From: Ruditapes philippinarum
Lineage: Eukaryota
NCBI RefSeq assembly: GCF_026571515.1
Contig: NW_026856818.1
Span: 62,001 to 126,000 of the forward strand
DNA: 64,000 nt
Direction of reading: 5' to 3'
The position numbers and the translations under genes were made by a program. The notes under the pieces are model-generated. The model searched no databases. It was given only the letters and a program-made list of their open reading frames with translations, and had not been told where the DNA came from. This document shows, in pieces, positions 39,514 through 50,137 of the stretch. Position 1 is the stretch's first letter. The number at the start of each line of letters is the position of its first letter.

Positions 39514-40433
39514 ATGGCTGCGAAAGAAAAGAAGTCATTTATCATATACCTACTACTGATTTCTTCTGTACTGTCACAGACATATGGTCAGAATGGATTT
39601 ACTAATGGGGTAGCCGGACACAGTGGTAATTCCTTTTTACAATCATATTTAACATTACTGATGAAAGTCTGTGTGTTTTTATATTGAACATTCATATATA
39701 TAATCTTTATCAATTAATTTTTATAATTGATAAATGATTTGCTTCATTTGGCTTTGATTTTATTCTTGGAAACAGCTCTATGTAAAATTGCAGATTAGTT
39801 GGTTTTTAATGACAAACTCTGTTTTATTTTTCAGCATCTTCATTTAAACAAACACACTCGAACTTTTATTATCCAGCAACAGGAGCAAATATTTACCCAC
39901 ACCCGGCAGCCAAAGGCTATTTACCAGTTTCCGCCTTAAATTCGTACAGTTCTTATCCAGTTAATGGTCAGTACTGGACAGGTCAGCCATACCATTACGC
40001 CAACTACCAGCAATATCCTCAGTATCAAAATCAAGGGTTTTGGAATTATCCGGGATATAACCAATATTACCCACAGCAATATGGATCCGCCCATCAAATG
40101 GCAGGGTATAATAGCTATTATGGACAGTATCCTTACTTCGATGCCCAGTACTGGACAGGAAACCAGTATTATCCAGCCCACGCGGCGCAAATGTATATGC
40201 ATCCTCCGGTTTACATGCATCCGGTTCCGGTTTACCACAAACCGATGTACTACAGAGGTCACCAAATGATGTATAACGGTCACTACCCGTACCAAGCTGT
40301 ACAATATCCGTATTACGGCAACCAGTACGACAGGGGATTTTTTGGAGGAACCGGTGGGGATTTGGCAAAGGGACTTCTTGGTGCTTTATTAGTCGGCGCA
40401 GTCGCTGGAACAGTAGCTCGCAGAGGAAAATAA
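39514..40433 (+). CDS. Secreted Tyr/Gln/Pro/Gly-rich low-complexity protein, 236 aa. Exons 39514-39625 and 39835-40433
   Basis: Exon 1 MAAKEKKSFIIYLLLISSVLSQTYG-QNG.. is a signal peptide. A phase-1 splice (CAGTG|GTAATT ... TTTCAG|CA) joins a frame open from 39835 to TAA 40433. AATAAA at 40551; possible 5' UTR exon donor at ~38388. Confidence 0.85.
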
Positions 40434-41236
40434 TTGCTTTTTTTATAACTTACATCTATTGATTGATGATTCTTTTTTTTATCAGTTTAAACATACAATG
40501 TATGTGAAATGCATTTGTGAAAGATGTTTTCAAACTGTTTGTATTTTTGTAATAAAAAATATTTATTTTTCAATATTTTTTTGTTTGTCAAGACTTTGAC
40601 CTGAAAATTTTCACGGAGTATCTACATAGTTTGCTATATATCACATAAGTAATTACACTTTATAACTAGCGTGTTGAAAACAAGACAAGTTAATTCAATT
40701 TGAAAACATGACAGATTTTGGGTGTTTTATTTCTTTTTAACATAGAATAAGCGTGCATGAGTGCGGGACGGACGGAATTCATTGATTTAAAGTTCATTAT
40801 ACTAAATTTGACGCAATACATTGAATCTCATAATTATGGTAATCCGTTCTGTTGCAGTTTCCGGCATTCATTACGTAGAGCAATAAAAAAAGGAAGAAAA
40901 AAAGAATATGATATAAATGGCTTATTTCAAACTTCCATTTCCTAACACCAACTTATCAAATTGAACTTGTGTGTTTCTTGTGTCTGTTTTATGTATTAGT
41001 CAAATGTAACCCGCTCCATTCCATGCAAGGACATTGCAAGACCTATGTGGGAAATATAACACGTCCCCACTCCAAGGGCAGTGCGAGGGATACCAAGAAA
41101 ATGCAACCCATCCCCATGACCATGATTTACGCTATCGCATCTTCTCGGCTTTTTCCGTCAAACTTTGGATAAGAATGATAGCCGAGATGTTCCGATTGGC
41201 TTATATATATCTGAACTGTGAAGGTACGTTATGCCT

Positions 41237-41546
41237 AGCCAGCCCGCATAGCTCAATCGGTTAGAGCGCGAGACTTGTTATCTCGACATTGTGGGTTCGA
41301 TTCCCGGGCTGGCCAACTAAAATTACTAATCAGTCTTTCGGATGAGACTTTAAATCGAGGTCCCGTGTATGGGTGCTTAAACACTTGGCATGCTAAAGAA
41401 CCAGGAGAAGCTTCTGAAAGTGGGGCACCTTTCTGTATCTGTAATTGCACTATCCTCCAAAAATCTAAATGACTAATACTCTTCTGGAGGACTCGCCCAT
41501 ATGGGCAACTGGTGGCGAGTATAAATAAACGCAAATACACACACAC
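41237..41546 (+). mobile_element. tRNA-derived SINE with V-domain-like core
   Basis: A box tagctcaatcgg, B box ggttcgattccc, TGT anticodon-like loop; ctttcggatgagactttaaatcgaggtcccgt resembles the V-SINE domain; (CA)n tail; TSD acgttatgcct. Confidence 0.85.
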
Positions 41547-41561
41547 ACGTTATGCCTCCTT

Positions 41562-41901
41562 GGGTCCTCTGTGGCCGAGTGGTTTAGGTCGCTGACTTGA
41601 GATCACTGGTCCCTCACCGCTGTAGGTTCGATCCTCACTTGGGTCGAAATCGTTCATGTGAGGAAGCCATCCAGCTGGCTTACCGAAAGTCGGTGGTTCT
41701 ACCCGGGTGCCCGCTCGTGCCTGAAATAATGCCCGGAGGGGCACATGGGGTCTTCCTCCACCAATAAAAGCTGGAAAAAAATCGACGAAAAAATCTCGGC
41801 GGGACGCTCTAGGATGGCCCGACTTGAGTGTACGGTCGCCCATATGGGCTTTCCGGCGGCGACCTTAAATAAACGCATTAAAAAAAAACAAAAACAAAAA
41901 A
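41562..41901 (+). mobile_element. tRNA(Ser-like)-derived SINE with Meta/RUDI-like core
   Basis: A box tggccgagtgg, B box ggttcgatcct, long variable arm; body gtgaggaagccatccagc..gtcggtggttctaccc..cttcctccacca; A-rich tail; TSD acgttatgcctc. Confidence 0.85.
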
Positions 41902-42612
41902 ACGTTATGCCTCAGAAATAAATAAATATTTAATTCTTGAGAAAGGTCAAACATTAGTTTTATAACGCTAATACTACTTTGAGAGCACGTTACATGTTAA
42001 CTGAATAAAATAGCGCTTAATGTAAAATAATATGTCATAAAAGCAGTTAAAATGTAAATAAAACGGTATTTTGACTTTCATACAAAATACTAAATTACTA
42101 TAAAATTTAATGTTCTAATTGCCAAAAAGCAAAAGAAGAAGAAGACAGTTTAGGTAATTTGCAATTGAGTAACTTGTTGGAAACTATAAAAATAAGATTA
42201 AAGCATTTCTGGGGCATAATGGGCCTTTTATTGGAGAGGTCATCAGACCTCTCCATAGTGTTCAGACTGATTGCTGGCGGCATCCATTTTTGCGTATCTG
42301 ATTTGCAGTGAATGAATATCATTTTAAGCGTAAAAGCATTAGGAGCAGTCTACAAAAATTGTTTTGCGCATGCCCCGTTTCAAAACACGGCTTAACTTAA
42401 ACGAAAAATTAACATCGAAATGAACAAATCGGTACATAGAAAAATCGGAAAATATCATTTACGTTACTTAACACTAAGTGCATGGATGTTTCATTCCGTA
42501 ACTGTATAAATCGATTACCGTATTGTTTTCTGAATAACGTTTTACTATTTCATGTTCTGATAAATAGTAACAGTGAACATTATAGCTACAATATCACCAT
42601 GCACTATATATA

Positions 42613-42826
42613 CCGCCTCAATGGTCGAGGGGTTAGAGTCGATGACTTTTAATCTAGTAAACTTTCTGGCGTGGGTTCGATCCCCTGGAGATGCTTTTTT
42701 TGTTAGTTTAGCGCGGAGGAAGGTTGTCTAGTACTGGTGTAACTCTCCAGGAACGATGGTTAGGAAACTACCCGCCTATATGACTAAAATACTGTTTGGA
42801 AAAGGCGTACAATGAAACAAACAAAC
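42613..42826 (+). mobile_element. tRNA-derived SINE (family of 22496)
   Basis: Colinear with 22496-22696; B box ggttcgatccc intact. Confidence 0.8.
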
Positions 42827-44080
42827 ATATTATATGACCGAGTGAACCGTGTATTGAACCGGTATATCTAAATAACGCAAAGGGAGATTTTTTGGCGCAA
42901 ATGGCACAAATTTTATCTCAAGTTTGATTTTCTTTTAATATTGTGGTTGGAGGCATGCAGCTTTATATACTGTTTATTCCAATAAACAGTATATAACAGT
43001 ATATAACAGTATTTACTGTTTATTCCAATCAAATATCAACATTTTTTATGTAAACTTGTTTGATTAACATACTTTATACTCGTTTTGGAAAATGTAGAGG
43101 AAATGCTTCCTTATATTTAACAAAACAGTGACCGAAAATTTGCTTATTGAACTTTACAAGAAACTTTTATTTTGAAAATACTTTTAATATAGATATATTT
43201 TTTCTAGTTTAAAATACAAATGTAAATGATATATATCATTTAATTTACATAAAGTAATTTTACAATTTTTTTTTTGTAGAAAAAGTATCCCTAATGCGCC
43301 AAGAAAAAAGTCCATTTCTCCGGCATATAATCTTTTAAAACATTAAAAAAGATGAAATGTAAAACAAACTTTCATTGCAATATATATAATAAATTCTATT
43401 TTGTTTAATAATTGTAATTTATAAGCATTCATTGTGTTTGTTATGCAAAAATATCCCAAAATATTTTCGAATGAAACAAATTTTCCACAGCAGCAAAAAG
43501 ACCTCTCGCATGCTTCTTTTTAAAGAAGCAAACTTGTAAAAGATCAGCAATAATCATGTCGTCAGCGACAGGGGAGATAATCGTTATAGAAATTGTATCA
43601 ACCCAATACTGCATTAGTTGTCTTTCTTTCGCTAACTTTCATATACGTTTTGTATGTCTGAACGTAACCAATGGATATACATGTATATAAAATAATTATT
43701 ATATATCTATTGAAATGCATCGGGTAGAGGCCACAAACAAGCACACGGTTGTGTAAACATTTTGTTATTCATGTGAATTTTCAAGTATGGGAAAGGCTAA
43801 AATGAAATATAGATCTACTTTTAATGTATCGCTTGAATTAATGAAATGGCGTAGTATGTAAGTACGGAATCCTGCTCGTCTAGCTAGTTATTATTTGACG
43901 TATATGCGACCACTTGCGGACCACATGCGACACAAGACAATACACATCTCTGGAGTCCCATCTGTGTAACAAGTAGAGGGTGTGGTTCTTATAACATCAT
44001 TTTTTTAAATGTTGTTGTTTGTTTGTCTAAATCCTGTATGGTTAACAAGCACACACTTTCAAAATGTGAATTATTACGTT

Positions 44081-44233
44081 NNNNNNNNNNNNNNNNNNNN
44101 NNNNNNNNNNNNNNNNNNNNNNNNNNNNNNNNNNNNNNNNNNNNNNNNNNNNNNNNNNNNNNNNNNNNNNNNNNNNNNNNNNNNNNNNNNNNNNNNNNNN
44201 NNNNNNNNNNNNNNNNNNNNNNNNNNNNNNNNN
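44081..44233. other. Assembly gap (N run)
   Basis: Run of n. Confidence 0.99.
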
Positions 44234-45874
44234 TGTTGTTGTTTTTGTTATGTTCTTGTTGTTGTTTGTCGTGTTTTTTGTTTGTTTTTTTTGGAGGGGG
44301 TGGTCGTTGTGTGTTAAGGTTGTTGTTGTTTTAAATCTCTGTGTGCAATGACAATTTTCTATTTCACAATTATAGCTGAATGGGCATTTTCCTAAAATTT
44401 AGCGGTAAGCCTTTCATTACTCCAACATAATGTACTTCTGTACTTCTGTCCTGATATTGTTTTTGACCTTCTGCGTTTAAAAAAGTTAAAATACGCCTTT
44501 TCTAAAGTTTTAACATTAAGGAGGTTCTAAAAATGTATAAGGTTTAACGGGAATGTTATTTAGACATATCCATTTTTAAATGTCAATATTTAATCATATA
44601 CGCATATATACTGCATTATATAGATAATGACTTAACAGACCATCGTAGTTTTTTTAGGGAAAGAAAGATATAATTTGTAAAAGTGTCATTCTTTGTTATT
44701 TACATAATAACATCATCTGAGTATTTTATAGCTCTTTGTTTTGTTTTGTTTATTTTATTCCTTACATCACATCTACATATCACATCAGATCACGATATCA
44801 CGAAGTTCGCCACATCAGGACACCGTGATATCACGATACATTCATAAATTACATCCATGTTCTTACTTAAACTTATCCAGAACATGACTAGGGCATACAA
44901 TATACAATCATGAATGTCCCATACAGGTGTAAATATTATATTTACTATAATATGTAAATTTTAATTCTTCATTTCAATGGTGTAATTATAACGATTTTAC
45001 TTGTAATTATGATATTAACATATACAAAGTCACTTATAACTCTGTAGAGAGTGACAATGTGTCGTATTTTTAATTATGCATTTTATGTATGATATGTTGT
45101 ATATACTGTATAACATTAATGAGACTAAAATAAAGAATAAAATAAATCTCACGATATCACGATATATCAGACATCACGATATCACATTATGACATCACGA
45201 TGCATCACATCATGATATCACGATATATCTCAATAAACTACATCACGGTATATGTCAATGTCATTTATGATATATATGTTTATTTGTTGGTTTGTTTGGT
45301 AACTGATTCAGAAATTACTGTACAGAGAAACAAATGCTTCCTTATATACCACAAAAGATCTATATAGCACTATAAAGTTATTCATTCGTTTCTTAAAATG
45401 CCCATATTTGCCACGTGAAGGGCAAATTGATATTTTCGGGGTTCAGACATACAACAGAAGTGTTGTCCGGTTTTAGAGCCCGACCTTGGTATTTTTACAT
45501 GTCCGATGAGTAAAACCAATAACAAAGGCAAAATGTGGGGGTAATTTTCTTTCATTTTCTAACTATAGTCGAATTGATTTACCCTAAAGGACAGTTTCAC
45601 ACTTTCGTGACAAAGCTTATTTCCTTAACCGAATAAAAGCCGTTTAAACGGGTACAAAAACTCAATTATAATACGATTGTACTGAAATTTTGACACCACC
45701 TATGTGTAATAATAAATTTTCGAGCTATTTTACAACCTCGCGTTTATAAATCCGAAGTTGACAAACCCAGCTTTCATGCAAACTGAAATTAATTCGGTTT
45801 AATGATCAACAGTATTGTTGACAGAGAACAAGCACTGGAAAAAATCATTATTTGAAAGGGAAAAGAAATTTAAA

Positions 45875-46088
45875 TGAGCTGTGTCATGACAAAATTAATA
45901 TAGTGGGTTTGCATCCGCGCAGTCTGATCAGGATCCATGCTGTTCGCTTACAAACCCTATTACAAGTAGAGAAACTGATAACGAATAGCATGGATCCTGA
46001 TCAGACTACGCGGATGCGCAGGCTGGTCTTGATCATGATCCATGCTGGTCGCAAACCCACTATGTTGGATTTGTCGTGACACGGCTCA
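45875..46088. mobile_element. Palindromic MITE copy
   Basis: Homologous to 26561-26796. Confidence 0.88.
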
Positions 46089-47350
46089 AATAAAGTCGAT
46101 GGACATTAATGCAAAAGCAAAACGAAAAAGCTTTAAATATTCTAAGTTTTGATACCTGTCATTATACAAAATTACAATTATAATACTTACTTATTACACA
46201 GAAATCGTGCTTAAATATTTCCGAAAAAGTTATAAAATATGTGCATAGAGTTGAATCAAAATAAAGATTATTTTGTGGGTTTACTTTTCCGAACACGTTG
46301 ATTTGAACTTTCAGGCGTTTTTGGCTCCACATCAAAGTGTCTGTGGCCTGAATCACAATATTTCTAACCCGTTACAAACGGAAAAAGGAACTATTTTAGT
46401 ATAATGTGACACATTTTCGACCTGTTATATAGACTGTTATTGCCATGTGCTAGCTAAAATAACTTTATTTTTCTCTCTTCACTCACAAAACAATCTTTTA
46501 ATACTTTTTTTAAATAGTATCTAATTTACACAAAGAAAAAAACAACAAAAAATCAAAACAACAACAACAAACTGGCATCACTCTAAATGCAATCTGCAGT
46601 ATTAAACGTTTAGATAAAACAAGATTTGAAGTTTATTTTTGAACTTCTTAAATTTGTGTTTGCGGAAAAGATGTATGGATTATACAGGAACATAAATAAA
46701 TACTTTAGGGAAAGTTCAATGACTAAGGTAAACACATGATCATGTGCGTTTGAGGTAAGGCTAAACAAATGCCCTATTAACACAAATACATTTACAATCA
46801 ACAAAAAACTCCATATATTAAGAGTCATATGATTCAAAATTTCAAAACTCGATAAGTGCAAAAAGTAGCATACAAAACAGCAGTCTTAAAAAAGAGAAGG
46901 TCAAAATATAGCGCACACTGTGCAGAAATAGTTGCGCTCCATAGAGCGTGACGGTAGGTATTAAGGCATTCTGCCGACAGTTTCAAATCTATTCAACCAC
47001 CTATAAATAATTTGGTCAGGAAAATGGCTTACAAAAGGTTAGTGGGAAAATAGTTTTTCAATGTAATAAGTGTTATGTACGTAAATAACTTATGTAACTT
47101 ATTTGTTCGTACATTTGATTAAACTGGTTTTAATGCTATTTTTTTAAGTAAGGCTGATCTTAGAACTGTTTGTATTTGTTCAAACTGTTTTAATTCTATG
47201 TCATTTAGAAATTATTGATGACGTTATTTTAAATTATTTTCTCCACGGTTTGCTATACTGCTAAACTTACTTTAATCTTAGAACTTCCTAGCACTTTACA
47301 TCTTATTTTATGTAACAATGATATCATTTCTTAAATAATTCAATTCTTAA

Positions 47351-47750
47351 AGGCACATTATGCCTAAAAAATTTTTTTTTAATCTTCTTAAGAAAGGGAA
47401 AACAAGAAATTTATAGTGTTTAGAAAGTATGATTTTTTTTATTCTTAAGAAAGGGCAATCATGAGTTTTATAATGTTTAGAAAATGTTAGATGCTTTTAG
47501 AAAATGTTAGATGCTTGTTACCTGAAGAAAGTAGTGATCAATGTGAAATTATTTGTCATAAATGTATCAAAATGTAAACAAAGTACAAATAAAAATTTAG
47601 TATTTTGGCTTCCATTCAAAATAATAATTTTACTAACGTCCAAAAAGTAACCGACGAACAATATGGTCCAGGTAACTGTACTATAATGAGACAAAATTAA
47701 ATAGCTTTTGAGAAATAAAGATAAACGCATTTCTGAGGCATAATGGGCCT
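47351..47750 (+). mobile_element. TTAA-flanked Kolobok-like MITE
   Basis: TTAA|aggcacattatgcct ... aggcataatgggcct|TTAA. Confidence 0.8.
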
Positions 47751-47886
47751 TTAATTAACAATAACATCGATTTTTTATCGATTACTTGCAAAAACATTAG
47801 GCACACTTCAGTGTGTTATATAAGAAGAATATATATTTTTCGAACTCCATTTTTCATAATATAACAAATCATATACGCGACATTAA

Positions 47887-48463
47887 AGGCCAATTATGCA
47901 TCAGAAATGCTTTTTCTTTATTTCTCAAAAGCTATTTAATTTTGTCGTACATTTATAGTATACAAACATTTTATCATTAGACAGTCACTTGAACCATATT
48001 GTTCGTCGGTTGCTTTATGACCGTTAGTGAAACTAGTATTTTGAATGGAAGCCAAAATACTACAATTTTATTTGTTTACATTTTGATACATTTATGACAA
48101 ATAATGTTACTTTGATCACTACGTGCTTCAGGTAACAAGCATCTAACATTTTCAAAACAGTATCTTTTTCAAAAACTTTTAATTTCTTGCATCTTGTTGC
48201 AGTTTCCAAAAACTTACTCATTTCATTCTATTGCACTGTTCGGCGGCCATTGGTATATTAATACATGCAGTAGTATTTGGTATGGAATTAAAAATACTTC
48301 TTTGTTTATACTCTGCTACATTTACGACGAATAACTGTGCGTTCAGTGCTACTTTCTTCAACTGTTAAACACGTTCTTAATCGATTGTTAAAACATAATT
48401 AAACACAAGTTTGACATTTCTAAAGTAAAATAAAAAAAATTATTTCTTAGGCATAATATGCCT
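47887..48463 (-). mobile_element. TTAA-flanked Kolobok-like MITE, inverted copy
   Basis: TTAA|aggccaattatgcatc ... aggcataatatgcct|TTAA; the body is the reverse complement of 47351-47750. Confidence 0.8.
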
Positions 48464-48616
48464 TTAATTGATTAAAAATGTGAAAACTTACTGTCTTTTA
48501 ATGATTTGTACTTAATTTTATTTTATATTAAAAACTCTACAACTCAAAAACCGTAACTTAAAAAAATTAATATCAAGAAACTACGCTGACGTCCAAAAAC
48601 CTCAAAACAAAACATT

Positions 48617-48853
48617 TGAGCCGCGTCATGACAAAACCAACACAATGGGTTTGCGAACAGCATGGATCCAGACCAGCCTGCGCCTCCGCGCAGTCTGATC
48701 AGGATCCATGTTGTTCGCTTACAAACCCTATTACAAGTAGAGAAACTGATAGTGAACAGCATGGATCCTGATCAGACTGCGCGGAGGCGCAGGCTGGTCT
48801 GGATCCATGCTGGTAGCAAACCCATTATGTTGGTTTTGTAATGACGGGGTTCA
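48617..48853. mobile_element. Palindromic MITE copy
   Basis: Homologous to 26561-26796. Confidence 0.88.
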
Positions 48854-49745
48854 TTTTTAATTTGTTTCAAAACAGAGCATTTAAATCTGTTGCATAGATC
48901 AGCTGAGGCGGTGTAAACGAAAGGATATTCAACAGAGAAATAAAGAAATGTACTAAAGTTCAATTGTTTAATCATATTTTGTGTAAATCTTAATCAGATT
49001 TGAGTAGAACCGTTTATCAATCTTTGGGTAATTTTCTTAAAGATGTACTATGCTCAAAATTGATATTAGAAAATATTGACAATGGATACACAGTCTCGTT
49101 ATAAATATAAAATAAACATGTTTTGAATTCAAACAAAGTAGATAAGTTATGTTTTAAACTTTACACACTTAGGTGATCATAATAAGAATATAGTGAATTA
49201 AAAATTACCCAAAAAACTGGCATTTTGTTTAAAAAAGACCAACTTTACTTGACCTGAAATAGGGAACGCAGATTCCCATTCATAGTTTATTCATTCTTTT
49301 ATCCGAATTAAATATATTCAATCAGAATATCATAGATTTCAATAAATTTCTAAGGATGAGCATTGTTCATCTTTAAATATTTAAATAGTTATTCTGAAAA
49401 AAGCGCGAATTAGCGAATGATCTGAAATTCATTGGTCCATACCTACATCAAATGTTATATAAATCTAAAACGAAATACAGTCCCTTCGTGTCAAGAAACC
49501 TCAGTGATATCCCTTTAACAAATGACACACCCGACATGGACTTAATTTGAATTAATTAAACAATTCAAGATGAGCGAAGTGTCCTTAAAAATCAATAAAA
49601 TGAATTTAATCATCCCTACCCTGAATTATCGGTCTTTGTTAGTTATCAAATTATTTCGGATAACCTCCTTGTTCTCTTAGTCAAAAATTTTATGAAAATG
49701 ATCGAAAAGTTGCGATTAATTAGATAATCACATCTTAACATATGA

Positions 49746-50087
49746 AATTGGTGTGATTGTGAAACATCCAGACATATCTGCAATAATAACGAACGGTAAC
49801 TCTGCGTAGAGATAATTAGATTAGTGTGATTATGAAACATGTAGATAAGGAACGGTAACTCTGCGTAGAACTAAGACCATTGGTGTGATTGTGAAACATC
49901 CAGATAGACCGCAGTGATAACGAACGGTAACTCTGTGTAGAGAAAAAAAGACCATTAGTGTGATTGTGAAACACCCAGATAAAGAACGGTTACTCTGCCT
50001 AGAGTTGAGATCATAGTCAGATATGCAGTGATAAGGAACGGTAACTCTGTCTAGCGAGATAAAACCATAATTGGTATGATTGTAAGA
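49746..50087. repeat. Minisatellite of ~60-75-bp units (gtgtgattgtgaaaca...gaacggtaactctg), about 5 copies
   Basis: gaacggt(a/t)actctg occurs five times. Confidence 0.8.
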
Positions 50088-50137
50088 TTGGCAGAATTTC
50101 ATTTACTTTCTTTTTTTCACAGTTATAAACATCCTGC

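Larger units (their letters stand above)
41222..42226 (+). mobile_element. TTAA-type (Kolobok-like) non-autonomous element with two SINEs inserted in its left terminus
   Basis: Left end aggtacgttatgcct and right end aagcatttctggggcataatgggcct match the elements at 47351-47750 and 58364-58680. Confidence 0.7.

Noticed and set aside
41239-41316. Possible tRNA gene (also 41562-41645 and 37547-37617)
   Set aside because: Imperfect stems, and the sequence runs directly into SINE bodies with tails (and TSDs at 41.2-41.9 kb); treated as SINE heads.
49746-50087. CRISPR-like repeat/spacer look (also 8705-8870, 21350-21570, 29243-30192)
   Set aside because: The spacers are homologous to one another, there are no cas genes, and the context is eukaryotic; these are minisatellite or MITE subrepeats.
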